DNA from: Blepharisma stoltei ATCC 30299
Taxonomy: Eukaryota; Protista; Ciliophora
Assembly (NCBI GenBank): GCA_965603825.1
Contig: CBFDEM010000035.1
Location: forward strand, 372,001 to 436,000
Direction of reading: 5' to 3'
DNA: 64,000 nucleotides
Position 1 is the first letter of the stretch. Every line of letters begins with the position of its first letter. Below are positions 24,869 to 39,100 of the stretch, in pieces. A program made the position numbers and the translations under genes. The notes under the pieces are model-generated. The model was not told the origin of the DNA and did no database searches. It saw nothing but the letters and a program-made list of their open reading frames with translations.

Positions 24869-25526
24869 TTTCTTGTTTAAATTTATTAAAAATTGGATTA
24901 GGGCATAAGTAAAAAACTTTATAATCAGTAAAATATGATTAATTTTGGATGCTGGCTTAGAACCTTATAGCTTGCTTTCAATAATTTTTCCTAATAGTAA
25001 AACTAATAGATATTAACATTAATTCAGAACTGAGAAAGACAAAGAAACAAATTTATATCTTTAAGCATAATTCTAATACAAATATAAGCGATATTTAAAT
25101 GAATTATTGTTGATAAATTCTAACTAGTTAAAATCAAAAATTTCTTGATTATATTAAGCATAATGATATTGCATTAAAAATATATGAAATTTACTCCAAT
25201 ATTGTTTTTCTTATATTTCCACATAAACTATAATTGATTTAAGTTAATTAGGTAAATATAATTATTAAGTCCGATTTATATCTGATATTTAGTTTAGGCA
25301 ACAGATAATATCGATATCTCTCTTTGATTTTATAATTATTAAAAGATTTTTATAGTCACTCTAAAATTAATTTTGGAGGCCTAATAGTTTCAAAGAATCA
25401 AGAATAAAGTTTGATAAGAGACAGGGACAATTGTAGATATTTGAGTTTTGGTAGAAAAAGTGCTATAGAATTAGATAATATATATCTATAGAAATTGCTT
25501 AATGCTGACTTAATTATTAAAACTAT

Positions 25527-26924
25527 CTATTGTTTCCGATATAGCTCTACCCTGAGCTCAGTCCTACTTTTTCCTCTAGTCTCTATCAAGTCACATCAAA
25601 AATAAATAATGCTTAATAAACAAATTCCTCCAAATATAAAAAACGTTATCGAAATCCCAATTCCATCATACATTAATGGAAAAATAAAAACAACTACAGC
25701 TGCAGCTGTTCAACATAGTCCATAGCAAATGCTCGATTCTTTTTCATCTAAAATTTCCCCTAAAATAATCCAGCATAACGGCCCTATAGAAATTTCAAAA
25801 AATATTAAATAAGCCAAAATAAAAATTAAATGAGGAAGCATTGATGTATAATGTAGAGAAAAGGCTCCTAAAAATATAAGACAAATCGCCATACCTAGGC
25901 ACCCTCAGCAAAGCGTGGGCTTTCTTTTATATTTATCAATCAGTGGAAATAAAAACAGCGCAGAGCCCATATTTGCAAATCCCGCGCTCAAGGTCAAAAC
26001 TCTTGCTAAAAATTCATCACCAAAATCGCTAAAAATTTTTGTGGAGTACGTCAAAATTGCATTAATTCCACAAATTTGATAAATAATGTTAAACATGCAG
26101 CCAATTCTAAGTGTTTTTGAATGATGTTTTCTACACAAAAATAAATCGGAATATTTTGAGCCATGGAGGTTTTCGCCTGCTTTTGATTCTTCAATGATTT
26201 TTTGAAGGGTTTGGATAATATTAGTAACTGAATCTTGACGATAAATCTGTGAGGAGCTTTTCCTTGCTTCTTCAATGCGATTTTTCTCAACTAATCAAAT
26301 AGGACTGTCATATTTATATTTTACCATAAACAAAACAAGCTGAATTATTCCAGCTATTCCTTGTATAGAAAACATAAAAATTCATCAATAATTCATATCA
26401 TAATCCTCACAATCTTCCTCTGGCAACGGCAAAGCCAATGCATACATAAGCACAATCCCAAATGTCAAATTCATGCTAATTAAAGCTCCTATTTTCCCGC
26501 CGATTTCAATAGGAGCGCGTTCAAATATGTAAACAGGACATAAAACAGTGAACAGCCCTGATGCAAATCCTGATAAAAATCGTCCAATTGCAAAACATTC
26601 TGTGAACGGGATGATAAAAAATATGGACGAAATAATTGATATTATATCAGAAAATATAAAGGCTTTGCGCCTTCCTTTTTTATTAGATAGAGGACTTGCT
26701 AAAATTGATCCAAATATAGCTCCTATAGGCATTAATGCAGCCATTAGAGGGATTAAAAGATCTTTATGAGACTTTCAATGGAGAGTGTCAGAAATATTAT
26801 TTTGGACAGAATTGTAATTCCCTAAATTACAGCCAATAATAAAAAACCCTATAGCAATATGGAACCCGATTCTTCAGACTGATTTAGAATTATAAATTTC
26901 TTGAGATGCTGGTGCAGTACTCAT
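25527..26924 (-). CDS. MFS sugar-porter (GLUT-like) transporter, 465 aa
   Basis: SNKKGRRK, GRFLSG, PVYIFERAPIEIGG, YQICGINAILTYS, IDKYKRK, SIGPLCWIILGEI and IETRGKS. All fragments share one frame via TGA(Trp). Confidence 0.9.
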
Positions 26925-26971
26925 ATTTATTATTTAAATTTCATAAATTTATCATATTTATAATTTTTTTA

Positions 26972-29900
26972 TTATGGCATTATCTTCATTATTGAATTTA
27001 TTTTTTTGAGATATCTTTTTTCTTTTCTGAAAAAAGTCATGTAAAACACAAAGTACATAAAAACAGAAATTGCAATAAAAAGAACCAAAACTGCCACAAT
27101 TATTCTCATTTGAGCATCAATTATTTTGGTGGAGGAGCTATCCACTTCCTCAATCAGTTTACCACCGTAGTAGTTTAAATCGCTCAGGACGTAAATTAAC
27201 ATTACCCACTCTTGCATAGAATTTACCGAGGTCGCAACATTGCTAGCATCCATAATAGCGATTTGTGTAGCTGTATGAATCCCATATACAAATTCTAAAT
27301 CATCAGTGCCGCTAATTTTTTCATAAAGCATTTCTATGAATTTTTCAGAATAAATCGTGGAATAATGACGCTCTCTTAGAATATTTTCTGATTCCACTAG
27401 TCTAAGCACAGCCTTTCTCATCATTTTAGTTGTGTCAGAAAAAGGGATTACATCCACCAATAAAGCTTTCAAAGATTGATTACTATCCTCAACCAACACT
27501 TCAGTTGTCCAAATCGCTAAATTGATTGCTAAAATCTGGGTTTGAATTAATTCACTTATTACTTTAGGACGATAGGACAAATAATCTGTGCAAGTTTCAT
27601 ACAAATAAGTAATATTTAATAGTGAAAAAGCAGATACCGCCAATAAGTACACGCAAATCCTTCACCCATATTTCCAATAATTTTTCGAATTAAATTGCTT
27701 TTTAGACAGTGTTTTTTCAGTGAGCATTACTTCTGGCTGCGCATGAACTCTTGTTAGCCTTTCGAAACAGCCTTGAATTAGCTCAAAATAGTGGTCATGT
27801 GCATGCTGTCTTATATTATTTCAAAGCTTATTTTCAACTTTTATAACAGAATAGCAAAAAGGAGCCATAAAAGCAATGCACGCTATAAGTATAAAGATCC
27901 CTAGCACTAAAAGACCAGTCATTAAGGTTTTAAAATCGCTGACACCTGATCTTTGGCAATCGATTACATCAATTAACGACTGATTGCAGTACCGAAGCGA
28001 TTCTCCATACCCATTCATTATCAAAAATAATAATTCTTGAGAATAGTCTTCTGATACCGCAAATTTTCTTAATAGTTCATTAGACTACATATCTCTTACA
28101 TTTTGTATAAATTGTGAAACCATATTCAGTAAATTGGTATTTTTCTTATAAAACCCATTATCAACGCCTCATATATGCGTATTTTCATCAGTAAAAATGC
28201 TTTTTCCAGAACAAGAATCCCAATCTTTCAAGTTTGACATAATATTGCCATAAATAGTCTCTAATTCATTAACAGTGCGATTAAATGTCTCATAAGTTGC
28301 AATAATAAAATCTGAAGCCCCGGAGCTTGTAGAATAAGAAAGAGCGAGCAAGGCTCTAGCAAAAAATGCACAAATTTGTAAGTCTTTCCCAACAGTCCCG
28401 ACCGCTAAAGGAAGATCAACGTTACTTGCTACATCAACATTGGCATAAGCATAAAACAGCACTGCGACATTTGTGGCGAGAACTATAAGAATCTGTATAA
28501 AAAATACTGATATAATGAAAACACAGTGCAAAATGTTGATTGACTGTGAAGAGGTTGCCATCATTTTTAGGAAATTTTTTTGTGAGGAAGGCTGAGATAC
28601 TTGGGATTTTTCTTCTTCTTCTGCCTTTTCTGAATAATGAATGCTTTCAGTCACTTCTAAAGTATCTTCTAGGCCAGTCTGGTTTAAGTTAGCTTTTGAG
28701 TCAGCATAATCTTGAGAATCTTTATATAAGAGTGGCTTATTCCCATCAGAGCTCAGTGACCTTAGCATATTTAGAGAAATTTGATGGGCTATTTGGATTT
28801 CCATTTCGTCAGCTCTTGGAATCCTACAAGTGTCTGCTTTTCACTTCAAAATTTCTTGAGGCTCGTTTATTAGTATTATATAAGGAATTTTTATTTTCCT
28901 GAATTCCATATATTGTTTCACTAAAATGGTCTCATTTTCAAAATATAGCAACTGATAAGGGGTGCATGACTGCAAATCATACATTTTGAAGCTGGGAAAT
29001 AAATTTTCTAGATTATAACCTATCAGATTTCCGTTAACTTGCTTGGCGATTTTCGAAAAATTTATAGTGTGACGTAAGATTTCGCCAGATTCTGAAATTA
29101 AAGCAGCTTGATGTTTTGCTTTTTTTGGCTTGAAAACCCACAAAGTGACTCGAAAATTGTTAAATGAAGTTAGTGAAGCCTTGCCTGTGCATTCTACCAA
29201 AAAATTTGTGGGGAGATTCCAAAACAATCCTTCAAGTAGATCGATTTCTGAAGCAGAATCGAACCGAATAATTCGCCTCATTTCTTCGATAAGTATATCT
29301 TTATAATGATTAGGAATAAAATATGTTAAAGAATTGCCTACAATAAAATGTGAAGGGCATTTTAAAACTTCAGAAACTTTAGAGTTCGCAAAAAGAATTT
29401 CTCCAAAATTTTCTTCTTCATTAGAAATGATCATAACTCCATTACTGTCGTTGAAAAAGCTAAAATTCTTAGACCCATTCGAAGAATTTTGTAAAATTCT
29501 GTCAAAGTACCTCAATTTATTTTCAAGCAATATTGATTTTTCGCTATCATAAAGGATATTTCTTGCAAAAGACGCATAAAGAGATAATGATTCTCTTGAG
29601 TTAAAATATTTTGTGGTGAGTTGGCTGTATTCTTGATTAAGCACAGTAATACCATCGTCCACTTGATCTAAAAATTTGATAAGTGATTTTAGAGAAGGTC
29701 TGCTAGCTGTGATCTCTTTCCAAAAATCCAATAAATTCATGCACAGCTGTCTGTCTACTCTTTTGATTTTATTTAATTGCTGAAAATTATTTAAAAATTG
29801 TGAGCTTTCGCTGGATGATGATTTTTGAATATTTTTTTTGCATAAATAAACTTGATAATTGGCTTCGAGTCCTCAATCGCAAATTAATTTTATTTTACTT

Positions 29901-31168
29901 AGCTTTACTTTGGCTAGAGATTCATCTTTTAAAGCAAATATGCAATAGTTCGTAGCCCATATCACTTGATATTTGCTGCCCTGCGAGCTTTTCTCAATGA
30001 AAAATGTTTCAAAAATCCCGATAATTTGGTCTTTATTTTCTTCATCATTATAGTATAAGGCTTTTCTTAACAAAATTTCTAAATTGTATTCATTATTTAT
30101 ATGGATTGTACTGGTTGGGATTCCCGATGGGATTTTTCTTTGGAGTTTTGAGGAAAATTGAATAATAAATACAGCTGATAATGGCACTAAAGCTATTGCA
30201 AGCAAAGTTATAGACAATCCTTTATCAATTATATATCCGAAGAGAAAGATAAAAGATATCAGCGCCACATCAAAAAATTTGATAATTGCTATGGTGTTGC
30301 AAAAAGGTGAAAAGTATGGGATAAATACCATAGTTTCTGCCATCAGAAGAAGCGAAAAAATCATTGTCAAAAGCTGGAAATATATAATATAGTTTTCTGA
30401 GAGTACTGCGTAAATAATTGGTAAAGAATATGTTATAATATTGGAGTGGGTCACTATTTTTGAGTGAGCTTTTGCTTTTATATTTTTGCTTGAGGCAAAA
30501 TGTCGAATTTCTCCAGAAAACTCTGAGTAAAATAAAAGTAAAAAGAAGCTAACTATTAGACCAATAATAATTCCTATTTGGACTACAATAGCTTCTTGAA
30601 ATTTGCTTGCGTCATTGTTTGTTTTATATTCTGAGACTTTATTTTCAGACAAAAAACTATATTTAAGAAAGATGGAAAATAGCGCCATAGAAGGCACCAT
30701 CAATAAAGTTGTCCATATATACAAAATTCTTTTAAACATACTAAAGAGTATATTTGGAAAGGTATATGACCTATATATAATAAAAACTAAAGCAGTAATA
30801 CCTAAAAAATTAATAAAGGACATCAGAATAGAAAAATAAAGGCATTCGTTCATAATTCCTAAAGCTGAACAAGTATGGTCAAGCCTCAAATATCCTATCA
30901 CTTCCCAAACAATTATATTATCACTTCAGCCTGTAATTGACATCTTAGGAGTCCATAATAAGCTAACAATCTGTACACATCAAACAGTTGCCTCAACTAT
31001 AGCACCAAATTTTTGCTTGCTAATAGATTTTTCTCCAAAGTTTCTTTCAAAATGAAGCCTCCGATAAAGCTCAAATACTGAGTTTATCAGTGAATTTTCT
31101 TTTTCGATTTTTCAAATTTCTTTTTTATATGAGAAGCTCTCATCTATATCAGCTTCCAGCCTAAACAT
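26972..31168 (-). CDS. TmcB/TmcC-like multipass membrane protein with tandem PAS-like domains, copy A (~1388 aa); introns 28493-28507 and 28085-28099
   Basis: One frame with TGA=Trp. N-terminal TM bundle (GEIRH..KAKAHSKI..PYFS), helical region, PAS-like FGEILFANSKVSEVLKCPSHFIVGNSLTYFIP, then two TM pairs. Family assignment is by pattern recognition. Confidence 0.8.
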
Positions 31169-31487
31169 TAATATGGATTTTAGATTAAACAAATTCTAGA
31201 TTTTTTAGATAAAAATAAAAACAAACAAACTCACGGAGTTAATTAGATTGATTTGCAATAATTCACTCTTATCAGCATCGTCTTCTAGAGAGAATAATAA
31301 AATGGACATAATATAAAACGAATTATGGAACATATTGGATAAAAATCCAAAGAAATTTCACGGAATTAATAAGGTAGAACTACAATAATTAATTAATTAT
31401 TTAAGTTTTAAATTATTATGTAATTAAACGCATCTTAGCTAAGAACTTAAAATTACTTATTTTTTTTTTATTAAGTATTTTAATGTT

Positions 31488-34400
31488 TTATGGCATGATT
31501 TCCAATATTGTATTCATTTTACGTAAAGACCTCTTTTCTTCATTGAAAAATCTGAGATAGATTACAAAATACATTAGAAAGCAAATAGCGATAAAAATCA
31601 CCAAAATAGCAATTATGATGCTGATTTGTCTATCAATTACAGATTGAGAATGATGATCAGCTTCATCGATCAATTCATTTCATTTGAAATAAATTTCATT
31701 AAGCACTATAATTTCATACAATCAGAAATTTGCATCGCTACTCTCATATGCAAGGAAAATATTATCAAATATTGATATTCCTGCAGCAGAATATAGTCCA
31801 TATATAAATTCATTATAAATTTCATCATCAATGCTTTCATATAAAGTCTTCTTTATTTTTTCTGATAAAATGCTTGCATAGTTAGATTTTCTCAGCAAAA
31901 CCTCTGTATGCTTTATTTTATTTATGGTGTCAGTCATTGATATTTGGTCATGCTTAAAAGGAAGTGTAAATTTTATTCAATTTTCATCAGAAGCATAAAG
32001 CCTTTTTAAGTTTAGCTCGCTTTGCCAGACACCTAAACCATCATATAGCATCCTCAATTGTATTAGATCTCTGATTATCTCAGGCCTATAAGACAAATAG
32101 TCAACACATTGCTGATACAGATATAAAATATTTATCAAAGAAAATGCTAATGCAATAATAAAAAATAGTGAAACTCTTCAAATATATTTTCAATAATTTT
32201 TGAAATTAAATGGCTTTTTAGACGGGCTTTTATTATTCATTTCTATTTCTGGCTGATTATGAACTCTAATTAGTCTTTCGAGGCTTGATTGGGTCAGCTC
32301 GAAATAATGCTCACTAGCACTTTGTCTTATTTTGTTCCAAAAATTATTCTCAATTTTTATTGATGCATAGCAAAAGGGAGAAAATATGCAAATACAAACG
32401 GCTAGAACAAGAATTCCTAAAATTAAAAGCAAGATCATTTCAGTATGAAAATCATCGATTTTGGATTTCTGGCATTCAATAATTTCATATAACGAGCTAT
32501 TGCTATAATGAAATGCATCTCCATATCCATTAAGTGCTAAAAACCTTGCTTCTTTTGAAAAATTGCCTGAATTTTTGAATTTTGTAAGCATCTCATTTCC
32601 CTATATATTTTTTACATTTTGAATAAACAAAGCAGTTGTGTCCAATAAATTTGTTTTTTTATAAGTTTCGCTTATTGGGTCGTATAGATTAATTTTATTA
32701 TCAGTAAAAATGCTTTTGCTTGAGCAATAGTCTCAGCTTTCTAAATTTGATGTCGCATCTAAATAGAAATTTTCTAGCTCAGCAATATTATTTAGCATAC
32801 CATAATACATAACTGCTACACCTTCACTATAGTTAGATGGGTTAAAATAAAGTATTCTTGACATAAATGCAGCAAGCTGAAAAAATTCTCCCAGGTTCCC
32901 AACAGTGACTGGGAATGTAATCTTACTGACAAAACCTATGTTCAAGTATGCGAAAATTAAAACTGCAATATTTGTAGCAATTAAGACCAAAATCTGCATA
33001 AAAATTACAGAAAGCACGTAAACTGCGTGCAAAATGTTTATCGACCGTGAAGATGTAATTATCATCCCAAGAAATGATTTTTGTGAAGAGTGGGATGCTG
33101 GGGATTTTTCCCCTGGAGCCTCTTCAAATTTGTTTTCGTCAATTTCTGAAGTATCGTTTAAATTTATTGATTTTAGGCTTGCTTTGGATTCGTTATAGTC
33201 TTGATGGATTTCTTTCTTTAGTTCAGGGCTGTTCTCTTCTGAGTTCAGCGAAATTGATAAATTTAAAGATATTTGGCTACTTTCTTGTCCTTTTTCTTCT
33301 TCTGCTGTGTAATTTGGTCGCTCAAAAACACCATTTTTTCATTTTTTTATTTCTTCAGGGTCATCTGTCAATATTACATATGGAATCTTAAGCCTATAAA
33401 ATACAAAGCTTAATAAGACAAGAATCGTTTCTTTTTCAAAATTTCGTAAGCTATATGGAGTGAATGGCTTTAAATTAAATTCTTCTAAGCCAGAGTACAA
33501 ATTTTTCAAAAAATATCCAACTAAATTGCTATTAGCAAAATTCGAAAATTTCGAAAAATATTCAGAATGGCAATAAATTTCTCCTGATTCTGAAATTAAA
33601 GCAGATTGATATTTTGGCTCTTTTGTTTTGAAAGCAAAAATATTGACATTGTAACTATTTATACAAGTAATCGATGATCTTCCTGTGCATTCCAATAGAA
33701 AACCAGTCGGAAGGGTTAAAAAAAATCCATCATTTAAATCCAATTCTGATTTTGCCTGAAAATGAACATTTCTCTTGATTTCATCTCTAAATGCTTCCTT
33801 ATAGCAAGAAGGGGTAAAAGACGACATACTGGCACCTAAAAGGAAATCTAAAGGAGTTTTCAGAATTTCTGCAGCTTTTTGGTTTGCGTAAAAAATTTCT
33901 CCAAAATTTTCTTCTTCAGTTGAAATAATCAAGATTCCATTATTCTCGTTAAAATAATCTAAATTCTTTGAATTATTTTGAGAATTCTGCATAATTCTAT
34001 TTAAATATCTAAATTTGTTTTCAAGAAAAGCCGATTTTTCATAGTTATAAAGAAGTCCTCCTGTATATGATGAATAAAGAGAAATGGGTTCTCTAGAATT
34101 GAAAAATTTGGTCATTAATTGAGGATATTCCTTGTTAAGGAATTCTATGCTATAATTAATGAAATTTAGATATTTTATTAATATCCTGAGAGAAGGCTTA
34201 CTTGCAGTGGCTTCTTTTCAAAATTTTACTAAATTTATGCATAGTTTGATATCTTCTTTTTTTAATTTTTTTAAGCGTTGAAAGTAGTTCAGGAAATTTG
34301 TGCTTTCACTAGGAGGAAAACTTTGGATTTTTTTCTTGCATAAATATTCTTGATAATTTGCTTCCAGGCTGTAATCAGAAACATTTTTGATTTTATTTAA

Positions 34401-35669
34401 TTTGAATTTTGCTAATGATTCATCTTTTAGTGAAAATAAGCAATAATTCGCTGCTCATATAACTTGAAGCTTATCTCTATTCAATGATCTTTCTAAAAAG
34501 TATTTTTCGAAAATGTAAATAATTTTGTTTTTTTGGTCCAAGTTATTAGAGCATAAAGTATATCTGAGTGATTTTTCCAAAGAATACTTAGAGCTTATGC
34601 CTACTAAGTTTTCTGGAACATTTTTTATGGTGCTTTTTCTGCAAATTTTCAAAGCATATGTAATAATTAATATTGAGTACAAAGGCACCAAAATTATTGT
34701 TAGCAAAGTAACTAGCAAAGAGTTGTTTACTCAATACCCCAAAAGAAATATAAAGGATATTAGAGCAACTACAGAAAATCGAATAATTACTATAACATAG
34801 TAATAAAGAGAATAATAAGGGTTAAGAGCCATAGATTCTATTGCAAAAAATCCTGAAATAATCATTGCATAAAATTGAAAATAAGCAATATGATCTTCTG
34901 CAAAAACAGCATAAAGAACTGGAAATGAATAAGTAAAAATCGCTTTATGGACTTCAATTTTTGAATGAGCTCTTGACCCCAAATTTTTTAAAGCTGCAGA
35001 ATGCCTAATTTCTCCGGAAAATTCAGCAAAAAATAAAAGCAGAATAAATGCGACTACCATTGCAATAACGATCAGTGCTTGTCATGGAGTATTTATCTCA
35101 AAATCACTGAATTTATTGTGACTTTTGTACTCTTCCACTTCTTTTCGTGTCGAAAAATTATATTTCAAAAATATGGAAAATAAAATCATAGAAGGTATAG
35201 AGATTAGAGTCACTCATAAGTAAAGTATTTTTCTAAATATTGTTAAAATTGTATGAGGTATATTGATAGAACGGTAAATAAAGAAAATTAAAACTAGGGT
35301 ACCCAAAAAATTAAAAAATGCAATCCAAATTGAAAAATATAGGCATTCACCCATAATTCCAAGACTCGAGCATGCTGTATCAATTCTAAGGAAATTAATA
35401 ATACTTCATATCAATTCATTTTTGCTTCAGTTTTTGATTGAGATTTTTGGGACCCACAAAAAAGCTACAATTTGAATGCATCATATTAATTCTTCAACTG
35501 CGATTTGAATCTTTTGAGCCTTATAAAATTTTCCTCAAAATATCTTTTCTAAATGAAGTCGACGATAAAACTCAAAAACTGAAAAAACAATAGAATTTTG
35601 CTTTGAAATTTTAAAAAATTTCTTATCCAAAGTTTGAGTTTCATCGGCTATAATTCCAAGCCAGGACAT
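31488..35669 (-). CDS. TmcB-like PAS membrane protein, copy B (~1383 aa); introns 32994-33008 and 32601-32615
   Basis: All ORF fragments are in one frame from ATG 35669 to TAA 31488, with the same motifs as copy A. Confidence 0.8.
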
Positions 35670-36170
35670 AAATGGTATAATATTAGAACTTATATTGATA
35701 GAAAACTAGCCTTTATGCATTTAAGACTTAGATAATTATTTATTTAAACAACATTTAATATTACACTTAGAATTAAAAAAAAATTGCATGAATTTTACTT
35801 TAACTTGCAAAAATATTTAATAACTCATTTTAACCCTCTTCTTATTTATTCCTCTTAAGCCTTTAGAAGTTTTATTAGACTTGCATGCTCTTAACTATAG
35901 TTAAAGAAACGAATTCTTTATATAAATAAAAATATATCCTTTTTACAAGTACATAATAATCCCAGATTTTTCAAATTAGGCTTATCATTCATCTTTAAAA
36001 CAAACAAATTATAAGTATGCCTTATATCAAAATAGGATTTAATTGTTTAGGCGATAGTTATATTTTAGAATTTCCAAGATTAAGCGGCTAAATAATTTAT
36101 TTTTAGTAAACTTACTCTAGCTAAGTTTTAAAAAGCAGTAAATTAAGATTTTATTAAATTTTAAAATTTT

Positions 36171-39100
36171 TTATGGCATTATTTCCATAATTGTGTGCAT
36201 TTTGCTTAAGGACTTTTTTTCTTCATTGAAAAATCTCAGATATAATCCAAAATACATTAGGAAGGAAATCACTATAAAAATTGTTAAAACTCAAACTATG
36301 ATGGTGATTTGCCTATTAACTACGGATTCAGAATAATGATCAGCTTCAGTAACCAGCTCATCGTAGTTAATGTTTAATTCATTAATGAGAATCATCTGAT
36401 GCAATCACAATTCTATATTTTTACCACCATAAGAAACAAAATTATTATCCATTATTGACATTTCCCCAGCAGAATAAATTCCATATGCAAGTTCTTTATA
36501 AATCGAGTTATCTGCATATTCATATAGAGTTTTTTTAATTTCCTCTGATAAAATGCTAGAATATTTAGATTTTCTTAGTTGTAACCCTGCATGCTTGATT
36601 TTATTTATAGTTTCCTCCATTCATATTTTGTCATTTTTAAATGGAAGCGAATACTTTATTTTATCTTCATCTGAAACATATATATTTTTTATTGCCACTT
36701 CGCTTGTTCAGACACCTAAGCTGCTGTATAAAATCCGAGATTGTATTAATTCCCTTATAATTTCAGGCCTATAAGACAAGTAATCAACACATTGTTGATA
36801 CAGATATAAAATATTTATCAAAGAAAACGCTAATACAACGAAAAAATATAGCAAAACTCTCCAAATATATTTTCAATAATTTCGGAAATCAAACGACGTT
36901 TTTGACGGGCTTTTACTGTTTAGTTCTATTTCTGGTTGATTATGCACTCTAACTAGCCTTTCAAGGCTTGATTGGGTCAGCTCAAAATAATGATCACTGG
37001 CATTTTGTCTTATTTTATTCCAAAAATTATTCTCAATTTTGATAGTGGAATAGCAAAACGGAGTAATTATTCCAACGCAGATGCCTAGCACAAGAATTCC
37101 TAAAAATAGCAAAAAAACCATTTCGACTTGAAAATTGTCTATTTTGGCTTTCTGGCAATCTATAACATCATATAACGAGCTATTGCAATAATTAAATGCA
37201 TCTCCATACCCATTTAGCATTAAAAATGATACCTCTGTAATATAATCTTCTGAATTATTGTATTTAGATTTAAGTTGATTTCCCTAAATAAGCTTTACAT
37301 TTTTAATAAATAATGCAGTGGTATCCAATAAATTCGTTTTTTTATAAATTTGGGTTTCTTCATTGTATATATTAATTTTATCATCAGTAAAAATACTTCG
37401 GCTTGAGCAATAGTCCCAGTTTCCTAAATTATTTACAGCCTCCCTATACATGCTTTCTAGTTCATTAGTGCCAGCTATAATGCCATTATACATAACATTT
37501 TTAACATCAATATTATTAGATCCAGTAAAATAAAGCACTCTTGCCATGAATCCTAAACTTTGGAAATAATTTCCTAATTTTCCAACAGTGGTTGGGAATG
37601 TGATGCTACTGACGAAACCGATATTTATATAAGCGAAAATTAAAACTGCAATATTTGTAGCAATTACGACCAAAATCTGCATAAAAATTACTGAAATCAC
37701 ATAAACTGTGTGTAAAATGTTTATCGATCTTGAAGATGTTATCATCATATCAAGAAAGGATTTTTGTGAGGAGTGGGATGTTGGGGATCTTTCTCCTGGT
37801 CTCTCTTCAAATTTGTTATTTTCGTCGATTTCTGAGGTTTCGTTTAAATTTATTGGTTTTAGATTTGCATTGGAATCAATATAGTCTTGCTCGATATTAT
37901 TGTGTAATTCTGGGCTATCCTCTTCTGTATCTAGCGATATTGATAAATTTAATGATATTTGGCTGTTTTCTTGTCCTTTTTCTTCTTCCGCTTCATCATG
38001 TGGCAACTCAAAGGCACCTTCTTTTCATTTTTTTATTTCTTCGAGATCATCTGTCAATAATACGTATGGAACTTTAACTTTATTGAATAGAACATGCGAT
38101 ATAACTAATATTGTTTCATTTTCAAAATTTCTTAAACGGTACGGAGTAAACGGCTTTAAATTATATTCTTCTAAGCCAGAGTACAAATTTTTCAAAGAAT
38201 ATCCAACTAAATTGCTATTAATAAAATTCGAAAATTTTGAAAAATATTCCGAGTGACAGCAAATTTCTCCTGATTCTGAAATTAGAGCAGATTGATATTT
38301 AGGCTCCTTTGGTTTAAAAACTAAAATAGTGGCAATATAATTATTTATAGAAGTAATTGATGATTTGCCTATGCATTCCAATAGAAAACCTGTTGGAAGA
38401 GTTAAAAAAAATCCATCATTTAAATCTCTTTCGGAGTACGGCTGGAAATGAACATTTCATCTCATTTCTTTTCTAAATATTTCTTTATAGCAATTAGGAA
38501 TAAAAACCGACATACTGGTGCTAATAAGGAATTGTAAAGGAGTTTTCAGGATTTCTGCAGCTTTTTGATTTGCGTAAAAAATTTCTCCAAAATTTTCTTC
38601 TTCAGCTGAAATAATTAAGATTCCATTATTCTCGTTAAAATAGTCTAAATTCTTTGAATTATTTTGAGAATTCTGCATAACCCTATTGAAACCTCTAAAT
38701 TTGTTGTCAAGAAAAGTTGATTTTTCATAATTATAAAGAATTCCTCCTGTATATGATGAATAAAGAGAAATGGGTTCTCTAGAATTGAAAAATTTGGTCA
38801 TTAATTGAGGGTATTCCTTGCTAAGGAATTCTATGCTATAATTAATGAAATTTAGATATTTTATTAATATCCTGAGAGAAGGCTTACTTGCTGTGGCTTC
38901 TTTTCAAAATTTTAATAAATTTATGCATAGTTTGCTATCTTGTTTTTTTAATTTTTTTAAGCGTTGCAAATAGTTTAGAAAATTTGTGCTTTCACTTGGA
39001 ACAAAGTTCTGAATTTTTTTATTACAAAGATGTTCTTGATAATTTGCCTCTAGGCTATAATCGGAAATACTTTTAGTTTTACTTAACTTAACTTTAGCTA

